Below are positions 14,363 to 27,383 of a stretch of DNA of 64,000 bases, one piece after another (the first letter of the stretch is position 1; each line of letters begins with the position of its first letter). Position numbers and translations under genes: made by a program. Origin of the DNA: Phoronis australis (lineage: Eukaryota > Animalia > Phoronida). The notes under the pieces were generated by a model. The model made no database searches and was not told where the DNA came from. It worked only from the letters and a program-made list of their open reading frames with translations. The DNA lies in assembly GCA_002633005.1 (NCBI GenBank), contig NMRA01000040.1, positions 1,051,805 through 1,115,804 on the forward strand, given 5' to 3'.

Positions 14363-14498
14363 GGTACGGACACTACACTGCTCCAGAAGTTACACAACAA
14401 TCATGGCAAAAACAAAAACTACCTTAAGCCAAAGTCGTCTGTCAACTTGTCTTTTGGTTTGAACCACTTTGCTGGGGTGGTCTTCTATGCAATAAAAG
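14363..14498 (+). CDS. MYO7A: Myosin VIIa exon, motor ([10 protein letters not shown]...[12 protein letters not shown])
   Basis: ctttcAG / G|gtaag; HFAGxVxY motif; not in the ORF track. Confidence 0.93.
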
Positions 14499-14576
14499 GT
14501 AAGTCTTGAACTCGGTCTGTACAGTTTAAATTTATTACTGTGAAAAAAAGTTAATTATTACACGAAGTTTTAATAT

Positions 14577-15269
14577 ATACACAAAACGTACCGAGAGTGG
14601 TGTTGATGAAGTAATATCCCACAAGACTTTATTTCTCGTATTGACCTTCGGTCTCGGTCGATATGTGGAATAATGTCTTTTGGGATGTTGCTTCGTCTAC
14701 AACAATAGAGTACGTTTTGTATTTATTCCATACGCTTGGATTTCCTAAGTTTCTTTCATATTTTCGGCAGATTTTTTAAATACTTCACATAGACTGTTCA
14801 TGTGGCGCATCACATCTTATATGTATATACTAGCGCGATAGGTTACAAGTTTTCTCTAGTGAAACAAACAATTTTAAATGCAACAACAGTAATTGTGCAT
14901 TGAAAATAGTTAACGATAATATTTAATGTTGTAGTTATTAAGGAATCGGTGCCTGAGTTGCAGGCGATATAATATTTAACAATTGAATACTGAGACAGAA
15001 GTGTCATATGATTAACAGTTATGTACCAGATGTTACGTTTGGGACCTGAATGCATGTCGAGTGATATTTATACTGCTACAATTGTATTGCTTTAAACCAT
15101 ATTCGGAAAGTTTGATGACCGAACTGACTAATGATGTCGAGTCGACATGACCTGCCTTTTGAACTTTCCATGTCACAGGGCTCTGTTGAAGTAGTGCGGG
15201 ATGTGAATACACAAAACAATATCTCATGGCCGTATTCCACTCAACTGATTCAACGCGTGTGGGACAAAA
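14577..15269 (+). mobile_element. Hairpin-headed non-autonomous element (Crypton-like), copy 1
   Basis: ~145-bp imperfect palindrome at 14577-14722; TTTATTCCATACGC pairs with terminal GCGTGTGGGACAAA; second copy at 36703-37911. Confidence 0.6.
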
Positions 15270-15418
15270 TTCCTTGCCTTGATAATATTAGCTATGATTT
15301 TTCTAAAACATCGAACACATTCGCATGGATTCTGTTTTTGCCAGTCACTTGAAGCAGTTAATACAATGTCTTGTGTTGGTGCTATGCACTGACTTTGTAA
15401 AATTTTTGTTGTTTGCAG

Positions 15419-15525
15419 GTTTTCTTGAGAAGAACAGAGATACATTCAGTTTTGATCTGCTACAGGTCATTCAGACGTCACAGAACAAATACTTGAAACA
15501 TTTGTTTGAACAAGATTTTAAAATT
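15419..15525 (+). CDS. MYO7A: Myosin VIIa exon, motor (GFLEKNRDTFS...)
   Basis: ttgcAG / ATT|gtaag; FLEKNRD motif. Confidence 0.93.
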
Positions 15526-16264
15526 GTAAGTTGTTGGTTGAGATCTTAAAACAGCTGTTAATAAGAATGTACAATTCAAACAAATTGTGTTTTTGTAGTC
15601 ATTTTCATCTGCGTAGTATTGCTGCAAAGCCATCATCATATGGAATATTAACATTAATTAGAATTAAATCTGGGCCAGTCTAGTCATTTTACTTGTAATC
15701 GATCTTCAAATTATCTTTGGCATTTGCTGTTCTACTTTTGTATGAACTCAAACTTATTGTTCATTATTCTGTGTTGAAGTGTATTATGATTTACATTGAT
15801 GTGTCTTATCTCATTTTGCACTTGATGACCTTGACATTAAAGCTATAAGTTTTTTGAGTCTGAACTTAAAATTTCAATTGAAAATTGAAATTTGGAGTTT
15901 GTGGCTCGAATTTAAGGATTATCGAGTGGCAACATGGGCTAGACAATCGTCTGTGTAAACCATAGTATACTCGAGTGCAGAGTAATAGATATATAATTTT
16001 TTCTAAGTGAATTGCGAATTATCAAAATAATTTTGATTTCAAGTCCAGGGCATAGACTTCGGCCCCTGGTCATTTTATTTCAGTGTGTGCAACTAGTAAC
16101 TCAAGTTAAGCATAGCAGCATGAATGACAAGTCAGACTAATGGTCATTAACTTCTTTGTAAGCATCGAGTGTGGATTTCTTGTTTTGCATTTGTCCTGGT
16201 GTATGGGTAAACTGAATGTACACTGTTCCTGAGCACCTTTATATGAGTCATTCTTCTCACTTAG

Positions 16265-16402
16265 GGAAGTGATGCCAAAAAGCGTGCCCCAACTCTGGGT
16301 GCACAGTTCAAGAAGTCGCTGGATCTGTTAATGAGGACATTGAGTGCATGCCAACCCTTCTTTGTCAGATGTATCAAACCAAACGAGTTCAAGAAGCCTA
16401 TG
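16265..16402 (+). CDS. MYO7A: Myosin VIIa exon, actin-binding region ([32 protein letters not shown])
   Basis: cacttAG / ATG|gtaagt; FVRCIKPN motif. Confidence 0.95.
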
Positions 16403-18351
16403 GTAAGTGGATGAATTTTCTTAAAGGGACACTATTATTTTTTACAGTTGAATGAGGCACTTTTAGAATTGTGGGATTGATTTTTTGAAGTTGTCAGATT
16501 TCTTGAAAGCTATAAAACTTTCTAAGTATAAAATTCATTGTTTTTTGTGGTTTTATTACAAATCACCAATTGTCGCCGTTGTCTTCCATAGATTCACTGA
16601 AATCAATTCGATGACTTACTTGTTAAGCACCTTTTATTGTCAATTGTGTGGGGTGTAGCTCCACCAGCATAGCGTTTCACTGCAAGTGTGAAGGTCCGGT
16701 TCCAAGTTCAAATTTACGCTGATTCATAACATGTCAACCTTATTCACAAAAATTGGTCATTCTCACAATGCCATTTTTACAATATTTCACACATGTCTAG
16801 CAAGAAACTTTATCTTCATTCTCGGGAAACTGAAAATAAGAAATACATACCATGTAGCGAGAAAAAAAGATTTTAATAGCACAACCACCTTCAACAAGGT
16901 CAAAGGTTACAGGGCTGTCACTCGCACTGAATCTCCCGGCGCCAGGCACAAAGCAGTTCTGTATGTACCCTCAGTCCTTTCATTCACCAAGTTCCCATAA
17001 CATTGAGTCAATGAGGTTTGCATAGCATTGAAAAATGCCCCAGAAAATGAAGATATTGTGTCTGCATGCATTTGATCATTGAGAAGGAATTCAGCGAGTC
17101 CGATTCATTGCACCGCCTTTGTGAGTTAGTATTCACTAACTCAGCACATTGTTGAAAAAGATATTAATCCTCCCCGAAATTCATTAATTTTATTGTTAAT
17201 TTAACATTTTGCTGTTTTGATCTCGTGCTCACGGCACGCTTTAACCACCAGCTTGTTTATTTTGTACTTGGTTTCTTGATATCATTCTCCTCTGCGCGTT
17301 GTGCGAATACAATGAACTGCTGGCTCCGCCTTTTTGACCTAGTGAACTCAAGATACATGAAACCATGCATACAAAATTAAAACGTTTTATTGTTACTTAC
17401 GTTAATTAGGCACTGTAAATTCAGTTAGCATTGCAAGTGAATGTTGAAATAGCAAACATAGTTAAAGGCATGTATAGGTTATATTAACCAAAAACAAGTT
17501 TTTACCAAATAATTAAGCGATAACCATCTAAATTTTCAATACTCTCAATGTTATCCGATTTTTCTCGACTTTGCCAAATCTACTTAATTTGAACTTTCGA
17601 ACACGAGTTCTCGAAAACGGCTCAGTGAATTTCACTGAAACTTTCCAATTTTAATATTCGTCGTTCTCAAAAACTCTGTGCCAAGTTTTTGCGTACCGTA
17701 ATATAGATGAATGTGAGTGCTATTCTTTGCAAAAATACCTTACATTTTGCAATTTAATGTTGTATAGAAACAAAGCTAAATAATTAATGAAAAATTCCAA
17801 ACAGGGTTATTGTGGTAAATTGTGAAGTTTTCATTTGAAAATGATTTCATTAAAATCAACCAAAGAGTTATTTTGCTGTGAAAGTACCTTTCTTAAGAGT
17901 GAAGTTTTGATTTAAAAAAGGTGGTAATGTAATAATAATATTGGCACATATATATATATAAATATTTTTGTAATCTGATCTTTTTGTTTTGCTTTCAGAA
18001 TATATATACCTTTTAGTTGACATAGCCTGTTTTTTTGATATATGAGTTAGAATGAAGGTCACTTAATAAGGTTTGAGATAACCTAAATCTCAGAACACTA
18101 CTTTTCTTTCTGTTGCAAGTAGTTTATCCCGTTCAATCCGTCATCTTTTTAATCACATCATCTTTCTGATAATGTGAATAAGAGGGATTTTTTATCAATA
18201 TTTAAATATTGGCTGTCATAAACTGTTGAATTTAAGGTTAAGAGTCTTGAGGTCGGCTGATTCCTGTACAAAAACTATGTGGGATGTATTCAAGCAGAGC
18301 ACCTGTGTCTTGTGTAGTTCAACTCGTTCTTGTTTTTTCTCCGACTTCCAG

Positions 18352-18597
18352 TTGTTTGATCGGTCACTGTGCGTGCGTCAGCTGCGCTACTCTGGTATGA
18401 TGGAGACCATTCGCATCCGACGTGCTGGCTACCCAATCCGGCACACGTTCAAGGATTTTGTAGACCGCTACCGCCTCCTAGTAGATGGGATTCCACCTGC
18501 GCACAAGACCAACACACGTGAGGCATCCATGACGATCTGTAAACACGTGCTAGGCAAGACAGACTTCCAGCTAGGCAAAACCAAAGTGTTTTTGAAG
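18352..18597 (+). CDS. MYO7A: Myosin VIIa exon, SH1-SH2 helix/converter
   Basis: ttccAG / AAG|gtacc; [19 protein letters not shown]...GKTKVFLK. Confidence 0.96.
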
Positions 18598-18609
18598 GTA
18601 CCGACAAAC

Positions 18610-18935
18610 TTTCAAGTAATAACTGTATCCTTTCCAGTAATATCTGTATCCTTTCCAGTAATAACTATCCTTTCAAGTAAAAACTGTATCTTTCCAGTAA
18701 TAACTATCATTTCCAGTAATAACTGTATCCTTTCCAGTAATAACAATCCTTTCTTGTAAAAACTGTCTTTCCAGTAATAACTTTATCATTTCCAGTAATA
18801 ACTGTATCATTTCCAGTAATAACTGCATCCTTTCCAGCAATAACTGTATCCTTTCCAGTAATAACTGCATCCTTTCCAGTAATAACTGCATCCTTTCCAG
18901 TAATAACTGCATCCTTTCCAGTAATAACTGTATCA
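18610..18935. repeat. 21-bp minisatellite (CCAGTAATAACTGYATCCTTT) x ~15
   Basis: Direct tandem array starting about 13 bp after the exon donor. Confidence 0.95.
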
Positions 18936-19450
18936 TGAGCATGATAAGGTACTAACAGAGGCTGGAACCGATTTTGAGAGTTATTTGATACAAAATTACA
19001 ATATACAATCATAAGTGGTTTCATACATTTGATGGGATTTTGAGGAACGTAAATGCTCATTTCAAGTAACGGGATTAATTGACATGGTGCAAAGTGGTAT
19101 TTAGAGATCTCTGTTAAATAAATTTGATTTAATGCAAATTTCTCAGTTGAAAATTATGTTTTTTTTTCAATAACACTAATCACTTGTGTGGTATTTGTGG
19201 CGAGAGATCTGCTTCTGCAATGGAAATGAGTTCTTTCGTGTGATTCTACATTACGCCTTTGGTCTCCAGTCACATTCATTTGCAGGCGTTTTGCTCTCAT
19301 ATGCTCATAAGATTATAACCATACTCTCAAAACCCTTGCAAGATTTTGGCTATTATCAATGTGATCTTGCCAAACTAGCATTCACAACGTGGCCGTGGAT
19401 GCTTAAATAGTGATCAGCCAATATTATACATCTGTTCTTCCGGTTGGCAG

Positions 19451-19630
19451 GATGCCCAAGATGTGTACTTGGAGCAAGAGAGGGAGCGTGTGCTTACAAA
19501 GAAGATCATCTGTATCCAGAAGGTAGTGCGTGGCTGGCACCAGCGCAAGAAGTTCCTCAAGATGAAGAAGTCATCAGTTGTCATCCAGGCCTACTGGAGA
19601 GGCTTTGCACAGAAGAAACGATATAAAGTG
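19451..19630 (+). CDS. MYO7A: Myosin VIIa exon, IQ motifs
   Basis: IQKVVRG and IQAYWRG; ggcAG / GTG|gtaag. Confidence 0.93.
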
Positions 19631-19816
19631 GTAAGGAACATGAACTCTTTGAACAGTGAGCACCCTTAAAATTGAAGTCCACAATGAGTTTCACTTCTTG
19701 CAGCATAATTTGAGGTATGTAAAGTTGTCAGTCTAAACATCGGAGGTAATTTGCATATTGACATGAAGTCTTGTCACACGTTAAAATGGTCTCATTTTCA
19801 GTGTTTTATTTTTCAG

Positions 19817-19912
19817 ATGCGCCAAGGTTATTTGCGGTTACAGGCTCTGTTCAGGTCACGATTGTTGAGCACCAGATTTATGCAGTTACGTACACTGGTC
19901 ACGCGTTTTCAG
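19817..19912 (+). CDS. MYO7A: Myosin VIIa exon, IQ motifs (MRQGYLRLQALFRSR...)
   Basis: ttttcAG / CAG|gtagg; LQALFRS. Confidence 0.92.
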
Positions 19913-20133
19913 GTAGGAAGTTCACGTACTTATGAGTGCCTGTGAAAGGTTTTTATGTAGGACAGTTACATGAAGTTGGTACGTGCACCTGGCACACAAG
20001 ATGTTTTATATTATAGTGTTCCTTTCAATAAGAATAGTTGTACTATGATTTTAAGGAGCAGTAGCATGCATTCAAAGTCATTTTTCTTATCTAATCTATA
20101 CAAATTAATGAAGTCCAAAAATGTTGTCTTCAG

Positions 20134-20256
20134 GCACGTGCACGAGGTTACATGTCACGCCGTTTGTACTCTCGACGTCTACACAGCATCATCAAAATCC
20201 AGGCAGGTATGAGGAAGGTGATTGCCCAGAGGAAGTTTAGACGTATGAAGATTGAG
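20134..20256 (+). CDS. MYO7A: Myosin VIIa exon, IQ motifs (ARARGYMSRR...IQAGMRK)
   Basis: cttcAG / GAG|gtatg; in frame. Confidence 0.92.
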
Positions 20257-20616
20257 GTATGTGTGTCTGCATTTGATCATTCTTCTTTCATGTTAAAGTT
20301 ATGGATTATGCAATATCCTCCAAAACGCTGTTAAGAATTGTATTTAAATTGATGCTCTTTTGCAGAAGGGCTATCAAAAATAGGACTTGAGATTTTTTTT
20401 AAAAAATGAAAAGTTGCATAAAATGAAAACAAATAATATTAAACTTAAAAAACTGTAATAGCATTTTGGGAATTTTGTCTTAAACATTTGTATCATACGA
20501 AATTTGGTCATGTTATTGCTAAGATTTGCCCTTGTTTTTTTGCTAAATATTACTTTAAAAACTTGGTCACGTGACCCAATTAATGACAGATTGCTTTAGA
20601 CAATAAAACTCTTTAA

Positions 20617-21154
20617 AGAGGCATGCAAAGCGAAAGCTCTTCAAAAATATCTTTTAAACAATTCGTGACGAAAGTACCATGTCGCAACATCTAGTACCAG
20701 AGTAATTCATTTTCCCCTGTAAGAAAATTTCTAGAAAAAAACTCAAAATTCACGATTTTTGAAATAGGCGCAATGGAAAAACTCTGTGGTTACCATAGAG
20801 TTTCTAATCACCCTCCCACTTATGACAAATGCGCTCACAGTCAGTTGCTTGAAGTCGCTTGAGGTCAAAGGTCATACTTTCAATTTAAGGGAAATGTGCT
20901 TCTTCTATGTCTTGCCATACCAAATAAGGAGACGTGCTTTGTCTTGTGGGGGAAAAATCGACAAAGCGACGAGCAGCTGACAGATAGTTTTTTGAAATTT
21001 GAAACTAAAAGAAAATGCTGTGGTATCAACAGAAATTAAAAAATCTTTACGAACAAACCGTAAAAATACCTGGTGAGCAGTTGAATTCTGTCTCAGTGGC
21101 AGAGAACCACATTCAATATTGCAATTTAGTCCGTTTATCGCATTCCAGGCCTCT
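20617..21154. mobile_element. Kolobok-like MITE
   Basis: TTAA|AGAGGCATGCAAAGCG ... CGCATTCCAGGCCTCT|TTAA. Confidence 0.65.
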
Positions 21155-21894
21155 TTAAGCTTTCTCCTTTCAGAAGATGTATACTTTCTAGAGTTAAGTT
21201 ACACAGTTTGGTAGATATTTGGCTGAGTACACAGACTTGTTTATAAGGTCCTGCCTAACTTTAAGTATACAGTCTTCCTTGGTGAATGCGTTTTGGTTTA
21301 TTCTTCTTTTGGTGTTTCATTGCTTTATCTTGGCAAATTCTGCAGCACAAGAAATGTGAAGGTTGTTCCAGCAAAATCCGTATGGGAAGGGGGGGGGACA
21401 GCAGTTAAACAGTACACACCATGGATTTTTGCACATTTTGAATTAATGGTGGCCACAGACTAAATGTATGACGTAAAATTTAGCTAAACCCATGTTTATT
21501 TTGTGTAATTAGCTCGAAATTTTGATTTTTCTTTCAATTTTGCCAATTTTCACATTTCCCGCCATGTGACGTCATGGGTTGAACACAAGAGATCAGTGAC
21601 TAGCATTGAACAAACGCGGAGACCAGGGAATTTGAAAGTGACGACGATTGTGAGCAAGAATTGAATGAATACTATGAAGAAACGTATGGGAATGGTGGCC
21701 AGGATGAGGAAATGGGGTTGCATGAAAGCGAGAACAAGTTTAATGTGCTTCCGGCTGCGTACTTTTCTACTTCGAGCCTTATGAACTGGATCCTCCCGTG
21801 AGAGAAGCGGCCTCGGGCTCGGCGAGTCAACCCAGTCATCCAACAGACGATCCTGAATTAAGAGCTGATGTTTCTGAATGATAAATATTGTCCT

Positions 21895-22140
21895 TTATTG
21901 AACCAGGCCTTCATCGTAACGTCTTCTGTGACTGGAGTCGAAACACGAGTCCTCAAAGTGGGCAGAACACAGAGTGGCCCCGGACCGAATCGCTTGGTCC
22001 ACGATGACGTCCCACACTCTCGTTTGGCGCACGAAGCCATGCCACTTCTGCACAACTTTGGTGTCCTTCGGAACACCGAGACGTTTTCCGCCTGGCTGCT
22101 GTTGCTGCAGCCTCTGGAAACACATCTTTTGATCCCTCTA
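21895..22140 (-). pseudogene. Frameshifted THAP zinc-finger remnant in a transposon (Kolobok-like, about 21443-22370)
   Basis: CVSRGCSN...(frameshift)VPKDTKVVQKW...LCSAHFEDSCF; flanked by inverted ACGTCATGGGTTGAAC repeats. Confidence 0.7.
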
Positions 22141-23024
22141 CGAACCTTCCCGACGCTAAATGTACTTTGCTTCCTCTTCACTCTATACTCTTTGTCTCTA
22201 ATCCGAACGGTATGGCGAACGACTTGGGTTCAACCCATGACGTTGTAATAATTATTTTTTTTTTCAATTTTTGCGTGTTTCTTTATGAGATGTGCACTAA
22301 AGACACTGAAATCAAGTAAGATATAATAATAAAATTTATTTTGAGGTACTAGAGTCATGTTGTGTACACTTTAAAATAACAAATTATGGGTGGTTGCCTT
22401 CTGAAGGAAATTTTTATTATGGATGGTCCTTCTTGAAAGAAGTAAATCATTTAAAGTGGGTGCTATTGTTTGTCTGGTAATTATGTCAGGTGGCTGTTTT
22501 CATCCAAACACTAACCTCAAGAGTCTCTCAAAAAAGTTCAAAACTCACCAGGAATTCAGTTAGCAGATACCCAAAATATTGAAAATAACAAGACAAACCC
22601 ATGTTGCTAGTGTACAGTGTGCACAGTATGTGTATGATTGTACACTGAGCCATTACTCAAGTCATGGGCAACTTGATTGTAGGCACTTGTTGTAAAGCCA
22701 TATTAGAATGAAAATTACTGCAACATCAAACTGGTGCTAACACATCTAAGAAAATCTGATGAATTTCTAATAAAAAGTATGAGTAGTCATATGGACAAGT
22801 TTCAATATTCACTTAGTGTAGCAGCCTAAAAGTATTTGTGGAAACACTTTGAGATTCGTGAATTCATAAAATTGATAAAATGTTATTGAAATTACCGACA
22901 CCTGGTGGACAGAGACACCTGATGGCTGCTAAGAGTACTGCTCACAGATGTCTTTGAAAAGCAAGTTTCTGGTAACTGACATGAGTTGTGATATCACATG
23001 GAATTTTTCTTCACTCACAAAAAC

Positions 23025-23852
23025 TTTTGTAGTTGCATATATTCGGTATCACGCCATGTGTTTGTCCGACGGTCTGTTGATATGTCATTATCATTTCTTG
23101 TCCGTAAATTATCTCAAGAACCGCTTGACGGATTATGATGAAATTTTGTATAGAGGTACTGTGCGGGGATGCGCCAGCATCAGTCGATTTTTAGATGGAT
23201 TTTGCTTCCGTGGTACTCCATGTTGAACGTTTTAGTTTTTGACAAGCCATTCCTTGTGCATCGATTATCTCAAAAACTGCTTGACGGATCACAATGAAAT
23301 TCGATACAGAGGCATATGGGGAGAATGTGCCGGCACCAGTCGATTTGGACGGGTTCAACTACTGTGACATCCCCTTTTAGTGTTTGACTTCTCAAGGCAT
23401 TCCTTGTCCGTCAATTATCTTGAAACCGCTTAACAGATTATGATGACATTTGGCTCAGAGATACTCCAGTCAATTTTCAGACAGATTTGCTTACCGTAGC
23501 AACCCCTGCTGGCCATTTTAATTTTTGACAAGACAGGTTGATTATTTCAAAAACTGCTAGGCACAACTGGATGAAATTTAGCACAAATGCAGGAATGGAT
23601 GCATTGACAGCAGTTGGTTTTTGTCTTGATTTGACCACCCTCTTGGCCACTTTAGTTTTTGGAAACATTTGACAAGATAGCTAGTTCTTGTCTGTCAAAC
23701 ATCTAAGTATTTAACTGATCATGCATGATGCGTGTCTTAGAGACAATTTGTTTACAAGTGTTGCTCCTTCTTGTAGCAAATTTGAAATAATGATCCCCTC
23801 TTGTATCTGCCATTTGCAATGCACTCGAAAGGCGCATACCAACATTCTTGTT
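23025..23852 (+). mobile_element. Divergent HINE-like element
   Basis: GTCC/GTCT-like head, ~150-bp subunits (ATCTCAAAAACCGCTTGACGGAT...GAAATTT), 3' GGCGCATA...CTTGTT. Confidence 0.5.
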
Positions 23853-24379
23853 CATTAATCGCTATTCACTGGAAAGCATGTGTGAGTTTTTATTCCTTGC
23901 CTGGGAGGGAGCTGGTGTTGTGTCTGCTGGACCGTTGTTGGCTAAGGAAACATTGAAGATCAAAAATATCTAAAGAAAATAAAACCTAACATGCACATTA
24001 CCATGTATAATTGAAGCATAATTTAAAAATATCATGGGTGGTTGCATTTTATATTTCATGCGGATTAAAAATTGTGGGTGGTGGGTTGGAGAAATAAACG
24101 AAAAGTATGCGCGGTGGGTGAAAAATGAACATGCCTTCCCCCTCCCATACGTTTTTTACTGGAACAACCCTAAGGAAGATTTGTGACATAATCTGTTCAT
24201 TTGCAAAACCAGTAAAATGTTGCTTTTGGCTTCTAGTTAACAGCTTCCATTTTGTGTTAATGATTCTGCTGAAATTTTGATGATTTTCACTTGTGGAATG
24301 TGTAGTCCCATTAGTTAACATGTTGTTTAACATTAAACATGGAGTCAGTTTGAAGTGCATACTACATTGTTTATTGTAG

Positions 24380-24487
24380 CACAAGAAGCGCATGGAGGCT
24401 GAACGTCTCAAGAGGGAAGAAGAGGAACTGCTAAAGAAGAAGATGAATGCAAAGAAAGCTAAACTGGAGGCTGAGCGGTTACACAAG
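24380..24487 (+). CDS. MYO7A: Myosin VIIa exon, SAH (HKKRMEAERLKREEEELLKKKM...)
   Basis: ttgtAG / AAG|gttgg; E/K/R-rich helix. Confidence 0.9.
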
Positions 24488-25930
24488 GTTGGTTTTGTTG
24501 CCTCTGATTACCTGATTGACAACTCAATGCAAGAAGTTTAGGAAGCGATAAAATAATACTTGTTGTTTAGTAATAAATTCTTGTCTTCGATATGTTTATC
24601 ACAAAAATTCCCTTATCTTTGTACTGCCATACTCATCCGGGTTACTGCCCAGGGCGCTTAAATTGGGAATTTAAAAAACGGGGTGGGCGGTAAGTCAAGC
24701 ACGGGCAGATCAAATCGTCATGTATTGCTGCGGGAAGCTGGTAATTTTGTAAAGATATGCTGCCGCTAGTTACTTTGGCAACCGAACATGTGCTGATGAT
24801 TGACAGCCGGTCTTTCTTCTAAATACTTTGTACCTAGTTTGAACAATGTAACATTTTGTATACATTGTATATTTCTTTCTGTGTTGAAGAGCTAACACCG
24901 ACCTAGAATTTGTTCAAAGCCCGATACTACTATTAGGCAATAGGGGCTTCAAAAATAATGAAGCAAAAACACATCTTGTAAAAAAGCAAAAACACATCAT
25001 GTAAAAAGTCATCAGGCAAGTCAAGAGTAAAAATAAGGTTTTGGCCACGTAGATGTGGGTAGAATGTTCGACTTGCGCTTAATTACAAGTTGATTTCTTG
25101 CGCTGTTGCTTGTGGTTGGACACTTCCATTTTGGTGTCAGGAGTGAGTCATTAAAAACATGCATTTAACAAAGACGCTGAACAATAGCCCATGTCTGCTT
25201 GTATTCAAAACAATTTGTCCAAAATACTGTCGGTGGAGTTTCTAAAATCGTTGGTCGTGTACCAGCCGAATTTGGTCGTGTTTTTTTATTTCATTGCTCT
25301 GGGTGCTGATGTTTCGTGTACTGTCACGGGGAATCCAGAAAGGTAGGCGACGGACTTGAAATTCTTGTCAAGTTCGGCTTTTTTGGTTCTTCCACGGCAA
25401 TGAAATACATTCGACAAGTGCTGTCTCAGTGATCAGTACATGCTGACAGAAGTTCCACGCGTGAGTCAAAGGAAGTAATTGCGTTTCCTTCAGTAAAGAG
25501 CATGAGAATGTGGGTATTTTATCGCCACAGTAAAGTAAGTTGCCGGTTCCGCTAAAACTGATTGTCATTGAAGGGCAAGTGAGTTGCACACGCTTTGGAA
25601 TCTTAGTTTTGCGAGACGGAACGTTCACAAAAGCACACACACTTTTAAGGAGGTCTTGATCATAAAAAATTGGGGGTGGGCGGTAAGTCGAGCATGGGCG
25701 CTTAAAAATGAAAAATTGAAAATTTTGGGGGTGGGCGGTAAGCCAGACGTTTACGGTAATTTCTTTGCCAAGGTAAGATATTGTAAGGTGCAGAAGGGCA
25801 GTTAGACCTGATATATTTCTAACTAATAGGCCCATAACATGTTATAACTGTAGGTTGCATTGTTTGATATGTAAATGTTGGCCACAGTGTGGGTTAATCT
25901 GCAATGTCACATGACAATGTATTTCTGCAG

Positions 25931-26062
25931 GAGCGTTTAGCTCGTATTCATGAAGATGTGTTGCGGGATGAAGCCTTACAGAAGAAACAAGATGAAGAAA
26001 AGAAACGACAGCTGGAGATGGCTGAAGAGAGACGTAACAAACCTGTCGATGAGAGCAAAGTG
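25931..26062 (+). CDS. MYO7A: Myosin VIIa exon, SAH end (ERLARIHED...PVDESKV)
   Basis: ctgcAG / GTG|gtaaa; in frame. Confidence 0.88.
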
Positions 26063-26487
26063 GTAAACTATATCAACACATACATGCTTTTTGGAAGCTT
26101 TATAAATTTGACGTTGCCCATTTAAATTTTCTTGGCACACAGTTTACTGTTTCACTTGTTTATATAGTAGCTGTTAGCTTTGTTATTAATGCAGTATTTA
26201 AGATCATTTAAATGCAAAACTTTTGTTCATTCAGTGTAGTTAAAAGTGCTAATGATAATAATCATACCTAGCTGTAGGGTTTATATGTAAGTTAGAGTTG
26301 AATAAATGCAAGAATTAATGTAAGCTCAGCTGTTACATTTTTCTAAAAAAATGTGTTGCAATTCTTTTGTGTGTAACTGTATCTGTTGCCATTAAAAGCA
26401 GCTGAAATCAACTTTACTGTTTGATATGGGCTCTTAGCATCATAGCAAGTCTTTGAATTGATATATTTCTGTTTTCTTTCTTGTCAG

Positions 26488-26553
26488 GTTGATGACCTGT
26501 TTGGTTTCATCAATGCAGAGCCTGGCCAGGGTATGCAGCCTGACAGGTTTGGG
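26488..26553 (+). CDS. MYO7A: Myosin VIIa exon (VDDLFGFINAEPGQGMQPDRFG)
   Basis: Pyrimidine tract, tgtcAG / GGG|gtaagt; VDxxFGF motif typical of the myosin VII post-SAH region. Confidence 0.88.
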
Positions 26554-27326
26554 GTAAGTGGGAAGTGAGACATGGCTGTTGACTTTTGATAGCTTCATGT
26601 ATAACTAAGTACACTGACTACAGCATGTACTTATGTTTGTTTGAGTCTTCTTACTGTTCTTTCGTGCCTGTACTCTACTTAATGTCAGCGTCTACCATTG
26701 AGTGAAAGCTAAATGTCTTAATTTATGTTTTGTTCTTGCTTTGTCAAGAAAACTGTTTCTTTCAATTCAAGATGGTACAAATATATGCAGTCAACGAGGT
26801 AAAAACATGTAGACTGGGGAACCGGTCTATAAAAAATTGCGTGATATTAATTTGATAGCAGGTTGTAATGGCAATAAGTAAATGTATTATATTGAAGGGA
26901 TAATTGGGTTATTTAGAATATTTACACCTAGAAACATTTCCTTGTGAGGAGACAAGACTCGTATGAAGAAGATTGTTTATTGATAAGGCTGCAGCTAATT
27001 TACGCAAAGTTGAATACTATTGTAACTAGAGTTACATTCCCTTGTAATGATAGTTACTGCCATCCATGGATTAAAGTAGTTTTATCAATGGAATTTTTTG
27101 TTTGCTTTTAACTCTTCAGTTTCTGGTTCATTTCCTTACCTTGGGATTACTAATGCTTATCATTTTACCTCGGTTAATTAGGCAAAATTTCATCTCTCAA
27201 AATCATGTCTTTTGTTTGCATCGGTGCTCACAGCAAAATATCAGTAACACTTTAGAGTTTACTGAACACAAAGACCTTTCTGCGCTTGTGTTGTTTGTCT
27301 TCCTGTCTCACCATCTTCACTTTCAG

Positions 27327-27383
27327 AAGGCGGATGCTAACTATGTGCAGCAGTTGTTTGATTCAGTATTCTCTGATGAGGAG
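27327..27383 (+). CDS. Candidate alternative cassette exon (KADANYVQQLFDSVFSDEE)
   Basis: Strong pyrimidine tract + tttcAG, GAG|gtagag donor, 57 nt, phase 0-0, no stop. Confidence 0.5.

Larger units (their letters stand above)
21360..24170. mobile_element. Old TIR element (GGTTGTTCCAG...CTGGAACAACCC) with nested inserts
   Basis: ~35-bp inverted ends at 21361-21395 and 24135-24170; subterminal ATGGGTGGTTGC repeats. Confidence 0.5.

Noticed and set aside
16645-16720. tRNA-like or SINE-head sequence (GGTGTAGCTC...GGTTCCAAGTTC)
   Set aside because: No convincing cloverleaf or intact A/B boxes; at most a decayed SINE.
18673-19060. Periodic ORFs (MQLLLER)n / (VITGKDA)n
   Set aside because: Translations of the 21-bp minisatellite, antisense within an intron.
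24049-24486. 145-aa minus-strand ORF with poly-Ser
   Set aside because: Antisense shadow of the Glu/Lys-rich SAH exon.
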